From Candidatus Azotimanducaceae bacterium (GTDB lineage Bacteria > Pseudomonadota > Gammaproteobacteria > Pseudomonadales > Azotimanducaceae), in NCBI GenBank assembly GCA_965208855.1, contig OZ242359.1:966237-1030236 (forward strand): a stretch of 64,000 nt of DNA, read 5' to 3'. Below the pieces are notes generated by a model, which was not told where the DNA came from, searched no databases, and was given only the letters and a program-made list of their open reading frames with translations. The position numbers and the translations under genes were made by a program. Positions within the stretch are counted from its first letter, which is position 1; the number at the start of each line of letters is the position of its first letter. Positions 36,691 to 46,575 of the stretch are shown piece by piece.

Positions 36691-37797
36691 ATGCTCTCTT
36701 CACGAGGGGTTCTGTTGGCGGTTACAGTAGCCTTTATAGTCGGGCTGATAAGTAGCCTTGCGATTCGTCCGCCGGGCGACACTGAATCCACAGTAACGCA
36801 ACGGGCCGGAGAAACGCCGACGAGAATCCGCTGGCGGGTTCCGATTGCGAGTTCCAGCAACCTGCCGGTGGTTGGCGACAATTCAACTTACATCAGCGTT
36901 ACGGCGGCACAAACCAGCGGCGGCGCAATACGCCTTGATATGTTCGAGCCGGGGGAAATTGTGCCCGCCTTTGCGATTTCAGACGCGGTTCGCGACGGCA
37001 AGGTCCCTGCAGGATATACCTGGCTTGGCTATGACCAGGGGAAAATTCCCGCCGCCACACTTATAGCGGCCGTACCTTTCGGCATGGAACCCTGGGAATT
37101 CAGCGCCTGGTGGTTCGAGGCGGGTGGCCGTGAACTGGGCGAGGCCCTTTACAGGCCCCACAACATCCACCCCATCTACTGCGGTGTCACCGGCCCTGAG
37201 ACTGCCGGCTGGTTCCGCGAACCGATTACTAAACTATCTGATATGTCCGGGCTGAAAATCCGTTTCGCCGGCCTGGGGGGCAAAGTCATCGAACGTCTCG
37301 GCGCTTCCGTGACCATGTTGCCTTCCGGGGAGATATTCCAGGCGCTGGAAAAGGGTGCCATAGATGCAACTGAGTTTGCCCTGCCGATTGTTGACGAGGC
37401 GCTTGGTTTCAACCGGGTCGCAAAATTCAACTACTACCCGGGATGGCATCAGCCATTCACCGCTAACCATCTGATTATAAACCTGAAATCATGGGCGGAG
37501 CTCCCGCAGACTGACAAGCATCTGCTGACCACGACCTGTACGGCGGCGGTGACCCGCAACCTTGCCCGCTCAGAGGCGTTGCAAGGCAGGGTTATCATCG
37601 GCTTTCCGGCTATCGGCGTTACCGCCAGCCGCCTGCCGGAGGACCTGCTCCGCGAACTGGCGAAGGTATCCGAGGAGGTGCTGGCGGAGGAAGCGGCAAA
37701 GAATACCGACTTCGCGGCAATACTCGCCTCCCAGCAAAAATTCAAACAGGAATACTTTCACTGGAAACGCCTCGCCTACCTTCCTCGTGACTTCTGA
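36691..37797 (+). CDS. TRAP transporter solute-binding subunit (DctP-type, COG4663-like)
   Basis: 368-aa ORF with an N-terminal signal/anchor. It is followed by the small and large TRAP permease genes, with overlapping stop/start codons. Confidence 0.8.
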   Translation: MLSSRGVLLAVTVAFIVGLISSLAIRPPGDTESTVTQRAGETPTRIRWRVPIASSSNLPVVGDNSTYISVTAAQTSGGAIRLDMFEPGEIVPAFAISDAVRDGKVPAGYTWLGYDQGKIPAATLIAAVPFGMEPWEFSAWWFEAGGRELGEALYRPHNIHPIYCGVTGPETAGWFREPITKLSDMSGLKIRFAGLGGKVIERLGASVTMLPSGEIFQALEKGAIDATEFALPIVDEALGFNRVAKFNYYPGWHQPFTANHLIINLKSWAELPQTDKHLLTTTCTAAVTRNLARSEALQGRVIIGFPAIGVTASRLPEDLLRELAKVSEEVLAEEAAKNTDFAAILASQQKFKQEYFHWKRLAYLPRDF

Positions 37798-38315
37798 TGC
37801 GGAACCTGCCTGACACGGCCCTCTCCCGCCGCATAGACCCCCTGCTGACCAGAGTCGGGCAATCCATATCCTGGGTCTGGCTGCTACTGCTCGCCATTAT
37901 TGTTTTCAACGTGGTGCTGCGGTATGTATTCGACGAAGGGAGAATCGAACTGGAAGAAATACAGTGGCATCTCTATGCCACGGGTTTTCTCCTCGGTATA
38001 GGTTACACCTTTCAGGTGGATGGTCATGTTCGCGTGGATGTCCTGCATGAAAAATTGCCGCCAAGAATCCAGGCATGGCTGGAGCTTTACGGCATACTGC
38101 TATGCGTCCTGCCATTTACCACTTTGGTGCTGATATATGCCGCACCTTTCATTGCCTCCAGCTATGCACTGGGCGAGGTGTCCGCATCCCCCGGCGGCCT
38201 GCCCTATCGCTGGCTGATCAAAAGTATGCTGTTCATCGGCTTTGCACTGTTACTGCTTGCAGCCATATCCCGGCTGAGCCGCGTCTGGGCATACCTGCTT
38301 GGGAGGGCAACTTGA
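37797..38315 (+). CDS. TRAP transporter small permease subunit (DctQ-type)
   Basis: 172-aa ORF with 4 hydrophobic helices. Its start overlaps the stop of the binding-protein gene (TGATG). Confidence 0.75.
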   Translation: MRNLPDTALSRRIDPLLTRVGQSISWVWLLLLAIIVFNVVLRYVFDEGRIELEEIQWHLYATGFLLGIGYTFQVDGHVRVDVLHEKLPPRIQAWLELYGILLCVLPFTTLVLIYAAPFIASSYALGEVSASPGGLPYRWLIKSMLFIGFALLLLAAISRLSRVWAYLLGRAT

Positions 38316-39664
38316 GCCCGAACGAGGTGCTGGCCCTGTTGATGTTTCTCGGCTTCATTCTGTCGGTGTTTACAGGTTACCCGGTGGCCTGGTTGCTGGC
38401 CGGGCTGGCGATATTGTTTACGGCCCTCGCCATCATTATGGAGGTCGATTTTCACATTCCCGTTGGCGTCGATTGGGCTTATACATCCCTGACCGTTGAC
38501 CGCATCTGGGGCGTCATGGAGAACTGGGTCATGGTGGCGCTACCCATGTTTATCTTCATGGGGCTGCTGCTCGACAAGTCAGGTATCGCCAACCGGCTGA
38601 TGACCAGTTTCGCCAGGCTGCTGGGGCCGGTTCACGGCGGGCTTGCCATTACTGTCACCATCATCGGCCTGCTGCTGGCGGCCACCACGGGGATTATCGG
38701 TGCCTCAGTGGTGTTGTTGGCGCTGCTCGGGCTGCCGGTCATGATGAAACAGGGATACGACCACCGGCTTGCGGCAGGTACGGTATGCGCCGTAGGCGTC
38801 CTGGGCATTCTGATTCCGCCGAGCATCATGCTGGTACTGATGGCAGACAGGATGGCGATGAGCGTTGGCGACCTCTTTCTTGGCGCGGTTTTCCCCGGCG
38901 CTCTGCTGGGCGGGCTCTACATCGCTTACATCTTCATTTACGGATTGCTCAGGCCGGACCTGGTCCCGGCTTCCGAATATGAAGCCATTGACCTTGCCGC
39001 CATTTGGGAACTTTTCAAGGCCATAGTGCCTGCCGCCTTCCTCATCCTGGCGGTTCTCGGCAGCATCTTTCTTGGCCTGGCAACACCAACGGAGGCGGCC
39101 GGCGTTGGCGCGGCCGGTGCTCTGCTGCTGACATTCCTCAACGGTGCCCTCAATATGCAGGTAATGCGGGAAGTGCTGTACGAGACCACACGAACCACTG
39201 CTTTTATATTTGCCGTGCTGTTGGGTGCCACCGCCTATTCACTGGTGCTGAGGGGGCTGGGCGGAGACGAGTTGATTGAGCGGGCGCTGCTCGGCCTGCC
39301 CTTTGAACCATCCGGTATCATCATCAGTATCCTGTTCGCCACTTTCATACTGGGCTTCTTTCTTGACTGGATAGAACTGACGCTGATCATCCTGCCGCTT
39401 GTCTCGCCGGTCGTGGTCAATCTGGGATTCGACCCTGTCTGGTTTACGGTGCTCTTCGCGGTTTGTCTGCAAACCAGCTTTCTGACGCCGCCGGTTGGCT
39501 TCGCCATCTTTTATCTGAAAGGCGTGGCGCCGCCAGAGATAGACCTGGCGACCATTTACCGGGGCGTGTTGCCTTTTATCCTGCTGCAACTGGCGGGGCT
39601 GGCCATTATCTTCAACTGGCAGGCGCTGGTGACCTGGCTGCCCGCCCAGGCTTACGGGCACTGA
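38312..39664 (+). CDS. TRAP transporter large permease subunit (DctM-type)
   Basis: The ORF track starts at 38075, inside dctQ. I place the start at TTG 38312, which has a GGAGG 5 nt upstream and forms a TTGA overlap with the dctQ stop. The product is 450 aa and polytopic. Confidence 0.85.
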   Translation: MSPNEVLALLMFLGFILSVFTGYPVAWLLAGLAILFTALAIIMEVDFHIPVGVDWAYTSLTVDRIWGVMENWVMVALPMFIFMGLLLDKSGIANRLMTSFARLLGPVHGGLAITVTIIGLLLAATTGIIGASVVLLALLGLPVMMKQGYDHRLAAGTVCAVGVLGILIPPSIMLVLMADRMAMSVGDLFLGAVFPGALLGGLYIAYIFIYGLLRPDLVPASEYEAIDLAAIWELFKAIVPAAFLILAVLGSIFLGLATPTEAAGVGAAGALLLTFLNGALNMQVMREVLYETTRTTAFIFAVLLGATAYSLVLRGLGGDELIERALLGLPFEPSGIIISILFATFILGFFLDWIELTLIILPLVSPVVVNLGFDPVWFTVLFAVCLQTSFLTPPVGFAIFYLKGVAPPEIDLATIYRGVLPFILLQLAGLAIIFNWQALVTWLPAQAYGH

Positions 39665-39845
39665 CTGGCACAGATGCGGCATTGCACCATAAGCCGAAGT
39701 TAGTTGCCCTTATTCCCAGAAACTGCTTTTATTGACCGGGCTGGTCTCTGGTTTTGCCTGGTTCTGGTTCGCCGGGAATATTGTAATCTGGTATCATTGG
39801 ATGGCGAACTACAACACACAACAAATCTCCTGAGAGGGAACCCAC

Positions 39846-42212
39846 ATGAACATCTCAAAAATATCCGGCTTCGGTCTGCTACCGACAATATGTATCCTCT
39901 TGATAACACTTGCTCCCCCCGCATTAGCGGCGGATAGCGGCCTTGCCATCGAGGAAATCATCGTCACCGCAACCAGGCATGAAGAATCCTCACAAGATGT
40001 ACCCATCGCCATTACGGCAATATCAGAAGAACTCACTAACGCCACCATCAGGAGCCTGCAAGACCTGAACGGTTTTGCCCCCAACGTCATCATCGGTGAA
40101 GACGGCTCGCGCGGCGGCGGCGGGGCCAGTATCAACATTCGAGGCATCAGCCCCACACGTACGGACGACAATTCCTTTGACTCACCCATTGCCGTTATGA
40201 TCGATGGCATATACCTCGGCTCCCTGGCGGGCCAGCTTATAGAAAATTTTGACCTGGAGCGCATAGAGATATTACGCGGGCCCCAGGGCACACTCTTCGG
40301 CAAGAATACCGTGGGCGGCGTCATCCGGGTCATCCGCAGCCGACCCACCGGGGAATTGGGCGCGCGTGTCAAAATAACCTTGGGTGAAAACGAGCAGCAG
40401 GAGTTGCGCACCGTTCTAAACACGTCGCTCATTGACGACGAACTGGCCGCCAAATTCTTTTTAACCGCTCAGAAAGCCGATGGCGCATGGAAGAACATCA
40501 CCACGGGAAAAGATCAACCGGTAGTGGACTATCAGAATTATGGCGCCACCTTTTTGTGGACCCCCAACGACTCATTCGAGGCGCTACTGACCGTTGAAAA
40601 GTTTGAGGACCAGAGTGACCTGAACGCTTACCATACCAATTACAACGTCGGCCCGGGTGTTATTTCGAAGCCGAGTGACCCAGGCCAGAGCGACTACAGC
40701 GGAGGCTTTACGGCTTGCGCAATATTCCCGGATACTTGTCGCACTGATCTGAAGAATCCCGGCGTCTCCGAAAATGACAAGCGCAATAGCGCCGAACTGG
40801 ATACCGATGCCTACACCCTCAACATGCGGTATGAACTGAGTGACAATCTTACGCTGGTATCGACAACGGGTTACCGTGATATGTTCGAGTATCGGATCTT
40901 TGATTTCGACGCATCCAGCGCACCTTTCATCACGATTGAACGCCTGAACGACTATGACCAGTTCAGCCAGGAAATACGCCTGGACGGCAACTGGGAAACC
41001 GTCAAGTTCTCCGGCGGCCTCTACTATTTTGAGAATGATTTCACTCAGGACTGGTACACGGGAGACGCCTTCTGGGCGACTCTATTCGGCGCCGTTGCTG
41101 CTAATCCGGCTGTCTATGGCGTTTGTGCGACCGTCGGGCTTAATCCGACCAGATGCGATGCAGGGCTGTCGTCCATCCCGGCCGGCTCCACCATCTACCA
41201 GATCTTGTACGAAACCCAGCAAACCAGTTCCATTGCCGCCTTCTTCCAGGCGGACTGGCAACTGGCCGAGCAATGGACCCTGACGGCCGGGCTTCGCTGG
41301 ACGAGAGAGGAGAAGGACTTTATCGCTGGCCAGGCGTATCTCACCAACGAGGCAAGACGGACCCTGCGGAACTTTCCGGAATATGCCGAGTTGGATAATG
41401 AGTGGATAGAAACCTCGCCGAAGCTGGGGTTGACCTACCAGATCAATGACGACTCGATCATCTATGCTTCTTACGCGGAAGGTTTTCACTCCGGCGGCTT
41501 CTTCGGCGTCAACCAGAATACAAGAGACTTTATCCGTGACCAGTATGACCCTGAGTTCGCACAATCCTGGGAAGCCGGCTACAAGAGCATGCATCTGGAC
41601 AACCGCCTGAGGCTGAACGTCACCGCCTTCTTGAATGATTTCAAAGACAAGCAGGAATCCTTCGTTGCCCTTGACCCAGACACCAAAACAGTCGCCACCG
41701 TGTTCGACAACGCGGGCAACGTCCAATACAAGGGCATTGAACTCGAAATGGAATATGTCTTCAGCGAATACTTCAGGGCATTTTTCAACTACGGCTATCT
41801 GGATGCGGAATACAAAAAATTCGAGACTGATATCAACGCAACCGACGCTATGACCATTATCGAAGATGCCACCCATCTGTCCCCAAGAAACGCGCCGGAA
41901 AATACCTTCGGCATCGGCGGTACGCTGACCGTTCCGATGGCCAATGGTCATCTGGAGGTCTATGCCAAGTACTCGAAAATCGACGATGTTGAAACGGACT
42001 TGCTGAACACGCCCCTCGCCCATCTCGATGAACGCGAGGACCTCACGGCGGCAATCGGCTACCACACGGAAAATTGGTCCTTATCCATGTTCGGTAAGAA
42101 CCTGACGGACGAACAACATGAGACCTTCTTCCCTATCGCAACACTGTTTGCCGTGGGAACCGTCGTCAACGGGCCAAAGACAGTGGGCTTGGAACTCCAG
42201 TACGAGTTCTAG
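39846..42212 (+). CDS. TonB-dependent outer-membrane receptor
   Basis: 788-aa ORF with a signal peptide ending ALA, a TonB-box-like IEEIIVTA, a plug motif (IEILRGPQGTLFGKNTVGG), and a C-terminal aromatic residue (..LQYEF). Confidence 0.9.
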   Translation: MNISKISGFGLLPTICILLITLAPPALAADSGLAIEEIIVTATRHEESSQDVPIAITAISEELTNATIRSLQDLNGFAPNVIIGEDGSRGGGGASINIRGISPTRTDDNSFDSPIAVMIDGIYLGSLAGQLIENFDLERIEILRGPQGTLFGKNTVGGVIRVIRSRPTGELGARVKITLGENEQQELRTVLNTSLIDDELAAKFFLTAQKADGAWKNITTGKDQPVVDYQNYGATFLWTPNDSFEALLTVEKFEDQSDLNAYHTNYNVGPGVISKPSDPGQSDYSGGFTACAIFPDTCRTDLKNPGVSENDKRNSAELDTDAYTLNMRYELSDNLTLVSTTGYRDMFEYRIFDFDASSAPFITIERLNDYDQFSQEIRLDGNWETVKFSGGLYYFENDFTQDWYTGDAFWATLFGAVAANPAVYGVCATVGLNPTRCDAGLSSIPAGSTIYQILYETQQTSSIAAFFQADWQLAEQWTLTAGLRWTREEKDFIAGQAYLTNEARRTLRNFPEYAELDNEWIETSPKLGLTYQINDDSIIYASYAEGFHSGGFFGVNQNTRDFIRDQYDPEFAQSWEAGYKSMHLDNRLRLNVTAFLNDFKDKQESFVALDPDTKTVATVFDNAGNVQYKGIELEMEYVFSEYFRAFFNYGYLDAEYKKFETDINATDAMTIIEDATHLSPRNAPENTFGIGGTLTVPMANGHLEVYAKYSKIDDVETDLLNTPLAHLDEREDLTAAIGYHTENWSLSMFGKNLTDEQHETFFPIATLFAVGTVVNGPKTVGLELQYEF

Positions 42213-42290
42213 GTTAAGACAGAGGCGCCCAATGGGCGTGGAACTCCAACTCTCGAGTTCTAGGTTAAGACAGAGGCGCCCAGTTGCCGT
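42191..42290. repeat. imperfect tandem duplication (about 50 bp, 2 copies) spanning the 3' ends of two convergent genes
   Basis: Copy 1 (42191-42239) and copy 2 (42240-42290) share GAGTTCTAGGTTAAGACAGAGGCGCCCA. The receptor stop lies in copy 1 and the oxygenase stop lies in copy 2. Confidence 0.85.
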
Positions 42291-43674
42291 GGAAGCCAAA
42301 GGGTACCCGATGATCCAGGTAGGCCTTGGCCAGAGGTTCACCTTCCAGATTCTGGGCGTCCAGTATCAGCAGATGACTGGCCTTCCGGTTGGCGTCATAG
42401 ATGTTCGCCATCAGGAAGCCGTCGCCTTCCTCAGCCGCCTCTGAGCGGGGCACGAATATCGGCTCGTTGGTCGCACAGGCTTTACCCACGTCGTGGACCG
42501 CCAGCTTGCCAGTCTTGTGGTCCCGTCGGCCAATACCGTTAAAGCCGCCAACATTGAAGTCCGGGTTGGTGTCGCAAGCAAAGTATCCATAGCGGTAATT
42601 GGTGGCGATAAACCGCTCATCCAATCTGGGAAACTCGCAGGCCAGGTCATCCAGGCGTTCCCACTGATAGTCGTCGCTGTTCCGGGACATATCGAAAGTC
42701 CACCGCGTGAGCCTTGGAATTGCCTTTTCCGGGTCTCCCGGAGTGCCGTCCACCAAGGGGAAAAGCGGCGCCTGCTCAAATTCACAGACATCACAGGTGA
42801 CGATGTCGCCGTCTGTATGTGCGTTCATCGGATGGAACACGAATGCGGGGTCGCCCTTGAACCAGCGAAGCTCCTCGACACTGCCATTTCTGGGCATGAT
42901 GCCGATGTGTACGCCCTTCTCCGGCTCCCAAGCGTAAGCCGGCTCCCCGTTCATCGCACGCTCCATCGAACCTGTCAGCGGCATGATCGGAAAGATCACA
43001 TGTTCACGGGTCACCATAAAATCATGGACCATGGCCGCATAGGGGGCCTTGAAGGTTTCAGACCGAACAAGCTTGCCGTTCTTGTCCACGACATGAAACG
43101 CCATGTGTTCGGAAATCAGCCCATCAGCATTGTAGCCAAAGAACAGCATCTCGCCATTTTCAGGGTCGATCTTCGGATGCGCCGTCATGGGGCCACTCAG
43201 TTTGCCGCCAAAGGTGCAAGGGCCGATGGAATCAAGGGTCATGGGGTCCAACTCGAAGGGTGCATGGCCTTCTTCGAGGGCAAGTAACTTCCCGGCATGA
43301 TAGACAATGTTGGTATTGGCCAGGCCGTCTGTCTCCATGCCGGCAACACTTTCATCGGAATCAAGCGGGTTGAATGCCGAGAAGAGTGCGCGCCCTGCTT
43401 CATGCTCCTTCTGCCATTTCATCGTGCGGACATAACGATTCTTGTAGGACACCTTGCCGTCTGCCAGGTAGAAACCATGGATCATCCCGTCTCCACCAAA
43501 CCAATGGTAATCGCCACGGGGGGCAAACTGTGGATTCGGCCCGTTACGGAAAAATACGCCGCGCAACTCAGCGGGGATTTCACCTTCTACGACCAGGTCC
43601 GGCGCGTCGCATTCCATTTGAATGGGAGCGAACCCCCCTTCCAGATTCGGATGGCTTGGAAATGGTTGGGCCAT
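42265..43674 (-). CDS. carotenoid-cleavage oxygenase family protein (apocarotenoid / lignostilbene dioxygenase-like)
   Basis: 469-aa ORF. FAPIQMECDAPDLVVEGEIPAELRGVFFRNGPNP, HWFGGDGMIHGF and conserved His contexts (MVHDF, FHPMNAH) are present. Confidence 0.85.
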   Translation of the reverse strand: MAQPFPSHPNLEGGFAPIQMECDAPDLVVEGEIPAELRGVFFRNGPNPQFAPRGDYHWFGGDGMIHGFYLADGKVSYKNRYVRTMKWQKEHEAGRALFSAFNPLDSDESVAGMETDGLANTNIVYHAGKLLALEEGHAPFELDPMTLDSIGPCTFGGKLSGPMTAHPKIDPENGEMLFFGYNADGLISEHMAFHVVDKNGKLVRSETFKAPYAAMVHDFMVTREHVIFPIMPLTGSMERAMNGEPAYAWEPEKGVHIGIMPRNGSVEELRWFKGDPAFVFHPMNAHTDGDIVTCDVCEFEQAPLFPLVDGTPGDPEKAIPRLTRWTFDMSRNSDDYQWERLDDLACEFPRLDERFIATNYRYGYFACDTNPDFNVGGFNGIGRRDHKTGKLAVHDVGKACATNEPIFVPRSEAAEEGDGFLMANIYDANRKASHLLILDAQNLEGEPLAKAYLDHRVPFGFHGNWAPLS

Positions 43675-43832
43675 GATATGTTTCTCCTTAGTTTCCTGGT
43701 TGATGTTCGTTAAAGCCGTGAGTCTACTTGACTAGGACATTGGACTCAAACTTGTGTCCTGGCCCCTGGTGTCCCCTCATCCCAGCCGATGGGGGATAAA
43801 AGCGCGAGAATGACGAATAAGATCCAGCACCC

Positions 43833-44852
43833 CTAACCAAGCACCAGCCCGGCAAATGTTCGCAGTTGATCTGGGTCGCGAGTTGAGACCATGATCGAGG
43901 TTACCGGCGTTTCCCGCCAGGCGTCCAGCCTTTCCCGGATGCGCTCCATCGGCCCGGCAAGGGAAATTTCATCGGCAAAGGCGGTTGGCACGGCCTGTAC
44001 CGCCTCGTCCTTTTTACCAGAGAGGAAAAGCTCCTGTATCTTTGCGGCTTCCGCCTCGAAACCCATCCTTTGCATTAACTCGTTATGGAAATTCCTGGAT
44101 TGCGCGCCCATGCCGCCAATATATAAAGCCAGGTTGCGCTTGACCGGCATCAGCGCCTCTTCAATATCATCACCGATGTTCACGGATACGCCCTGCATAA
44201 TCTCAAAGCCCGGCCTGGCGTGAGCAATCTGGTCCGCGTAGACCTCCTGCCGATAAGGTGAATAGTAAAGCGGCAGCCAGCCATCGGCGATCTCCGCCGT
44301 CATGGCAACATTCTTCGGCCCCTCTGCACCAAGGAAGATCGGTAGGCTCTCCCGCAGTGGATGCGTAATTGACTTGAGGGGTTTACCCAGCCCCCAAGAC
44401 CCTTCGCCTGTGTAGGGTAGCGGGTAATGCACGCCATCGTTGGTAACGGGCTCTTTACGTTGCAGCACCTGGCGCACGATATTGACATACTCACGGGTTC
44501 TGGCCAGGGGTTTGCCGAAGGGTTGGCCATACCACCCTTCGACGACCTGCGGGCCTGAAACGCCCATGCCGAGAATCATCCTGCCACCGGAAAGATGATC
44601 CAGCGTCAACGCGGCCATGGCCGTTGCCGTCGGCGCCCTTGCGGACAGTTGCGCGATACCCGTGCCCAGGCGAATCTTCGAGGTATGAGCGCCAATCCAT
44701 GCCAGAGGCGTAAAGACATCAGAACCCCAGGCCTCGGCAGTAAACACCGCGTCATAACCCAGCTTCTCGGCTTCCTGAGCCAACTCAACCATTCTCGGGT
44801 CCGGGCCGGCGCCCCAGTAACCCAACTGCAAACCAATCTTGAGATCTTTCAT
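43833..44852 (-). CDS. LLM-class (luciferase-like) flavin/F420-dependent oxidoreductase
   Basis: 339-aa ORF with TAEAWGSDVFT and LGMGVSGPQVVEGWYG. It is a paralogue of the 33586-34641 product. Confidence 0.85.
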   Translation of the reverse strand: MKDLKIGLQLGYWGAGPDPRMVELAQEAEKLGYDAVFTAEAWGSDVFTPLAWIGAHTSKIRLGTGIAQLSARAPTATAMAALTLDHLSGGRMILGMGVSGPQVVEGWYGQPFGKPLARTREYVNIVRQVLQRKEPVTNDGVHYPLPYTGEGSWGLGKPLKSITHPLRESLPIFLGAEGPKNVAMTAEIADGWLPLYYSPYRQEVYADQIAHARPGFEIMQGVSVNIGDDIEEALMPVKRNLALYIGGMGAQSRNFHNELMQRMGFEAEAAKIQELFLSGKKDEAVQAVPTAFADEISLAGPMERIRERLDAWRETPVTSIMVSTRDPDQLRTFAGLVLG

Positions 44853-44871
44853 TGCTGCTTCCCTTTATATG

Positions 44872-46443
44872 TCATATGGATTTGTCCCGTGAAGCCCAGT
44901 AAGGCTCACGCACGATGCGGCGCTGCATCTTGCCTGTAGGCAGCCGGGGCAGGTCTGCCGCGAAATCAACCGTCTTCGGACATTTGTAATGCGCCAGCCG
45001 TTCACGCGCAAAATCAATCAGTTCCTCAATCAGCGCCTTGCCGGGTTCAAACCCCGGTTTCAACTGTACCACCGACTTCACCTCTTCTCCCCATTCATCA
45101 TTGGGTACGCCTATGGTGCATACGTCCTGCACCGATGGATGCTGCATCAGGGCGCTGTCTATTTCCTGGGGATAGATATTGACGCCGCCGGAGATAATCA
45201 ATTCAGCCGTTCTGCCGGTCAGGAAGAGGAAACCATCCTCGTCAAAATAGCCCATGTCCCCCAGTGTGAAATAGTCTCCCCGATAGGACGATGCTGTCTT
45301 GTCGCCATCCTTGAAGTATTCAAACCGACCCGATTCGGGAGCCCGCATATAAATGGTGCCGACCTCGCCCCGGGCAACATCCTTGCCTTCGTCGTCGAGA
45401 ATCTTGTTGTCGAACTCCGGGCCGGGGCAGCCGACACTACCGGGCTTTTGCAACCATTGGTGTGAATCAATGATGAAGCCCCCACCGCCTTCCGTGGCGG
45501 CATAGTACTCCACCAACACCGGGCCGAACCATTCAATCATGTGATGTTTCACATGCACGGGGCAGGGCGCCGCGCCATGCATCACGCGCTTGAGGCTGGA
45601 AACGTCATATTTCTCTTTCACCGCATCATCGAGTTGCAGTAATCGGTGGAACATGGTCGCCACCAAGTGGCAGTGTGTGACTCTGTACTCATCAATCAAC
45701 CGCAGGGTCCGCTCCGGGTCCCATCTATCCATCAGCATCAGGGAAGCGCCGGAAACCAGCGGTGTCAGCACATCTATGACCAGCGGGGCCGCGTGATAGG
45801 CCGGCCCCGTACACAATGCCACCTCGTGACCTTCCCCGTATCCCCGTTCGGTGAAGTCGGGCAGGGTCGGCGGCCTTTCCTTGCGGTACACGCCTTTTGG
45901 CCTGCCGGTCGTGCCGGAGGTATACAGCATGCCGCCGCCATGTTCCGGGTTCTCGATATTGTCGCCGGAATAGCCGGCAATCGCTTCGGTAAATGGCTCG
46001 AAGCCAGCAATGCCCGCGCCCAGAGAAAGATGTGCCCTGAGCTTGCCGCTCATGGCCGCAGCTTCAATGGCGCTGCCCGCAAACAGGCCATCCGCCAGGA
46101 ATGTCTGCGCATCACAATTATCAAGGATATAGCCAATTTCTTCCGCCGTCAGACGCCAGTTGATCGGCGTAACCCTGACGCCACAGCGAAGCGCCGCCAT
46201 GAAGACAACGATAAACTCAACACGGTTACTGCACAGCAAGGCCACACCATCATCCCTGCCAAGCCCCATGGACCGAAAATAGCGGGCCAGCCGGTTTGCC
46301 TGTTCGTTCAACTCCGCCCAGGTCAGCTTCCCGCCCTGTTCATCGCGTACAGCAATAACTTCCGGCTTGCTTGCCGCATGCACGGCTGCAGCCATGCCCA
46401 CGAGCGCAGCTTCCTCCACTGGCATGGTGGCGTAGTTTGTCAT
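44872..46443 (-). CDS. AMP-dependent acyl-CoA synthetase/ligase
   Basis: The ORF spans 44872-46575. The ATG at 46443 (MTNYATMPVEE) is preferred. The AMP-binding motif YTSGTTGRPKGV and the C-terminal LPRLPTGKMQRR are present. Confidence 0.85.
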   Translation of the reverse strand: MTNYATMPVEEAALVGMAAAVHAASKPEVIAVRDEQGGKLTWAELNEQANRLARYFRSMGLGRDDGVALLCSNRVEFIVVFMAALRCGVRVTPINWRLTAEEIGYILDNCDAQTFLADGLFAGSAIEAAAMSGKLRAHLSLGAGIAGFEPFTEAIAGYSGDNIENPEHGGGMLYTSGTTGRPKGVYRKERPPTLPDFTERGYGEGHEVALCTGPAYHAAPLVIDVLTPLVSGASLMLMDRWDPERTLRLIDEYRVTHCHLVATMFHRLLQLDDAVKEKYDVSSLKRVMHGAAPCPVHVKHHMIEWFGPVLVEYYAATEGGGGFIIDSHQWLQKPGSVGCPGPEFDNKILDDEGKDVARGEVGTIYMRAPESGRFEYFKDGDKTASSYRGDYFTLGDMGYFDEDGFLFLTGRTAELIISGGVNIYPQEIDSALMQHPSVQDVCTIGVPNDEWGEEVKSVVQLKPGFEPGKALIEELIDFARERLAHYKCPKTVDFAADLPRLPTGKMQRRIVREPYWASRDKSI

Positions 46444-46575
46444 GGCGGGCTCCAACTGTCTCAGGCTTGCAGAATGCCGGAACCCTTGATGCCAAATCAA
46501 CCCACCATCTATCTGTGGGAATTGCCCCGCCAATGATTGCGAATTCCGCCAGAGCGGTGTTAGTCTAATTGGCAT

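Noticed and set aside
38075-38311. The upstream extension of the TRAP large-permease ORF (track start 38075)
   Set aside because: It overlaps the dctQ coding region in another frame. The DctM-like hydrophobic sequence begins at the TTG at 38312, which has a good GGAGG RBS.
39665-39845. A possible cobalamin or other riboswitch upstream of the TonB-dependent receptor
   Set aside because: Only a generic AGGGAAC near the start codon was seen. There is no B12-box (GCCACTG-like) and I could not trace a conserved multi-stem architecture. An Infernal scan would be needed to settle this.
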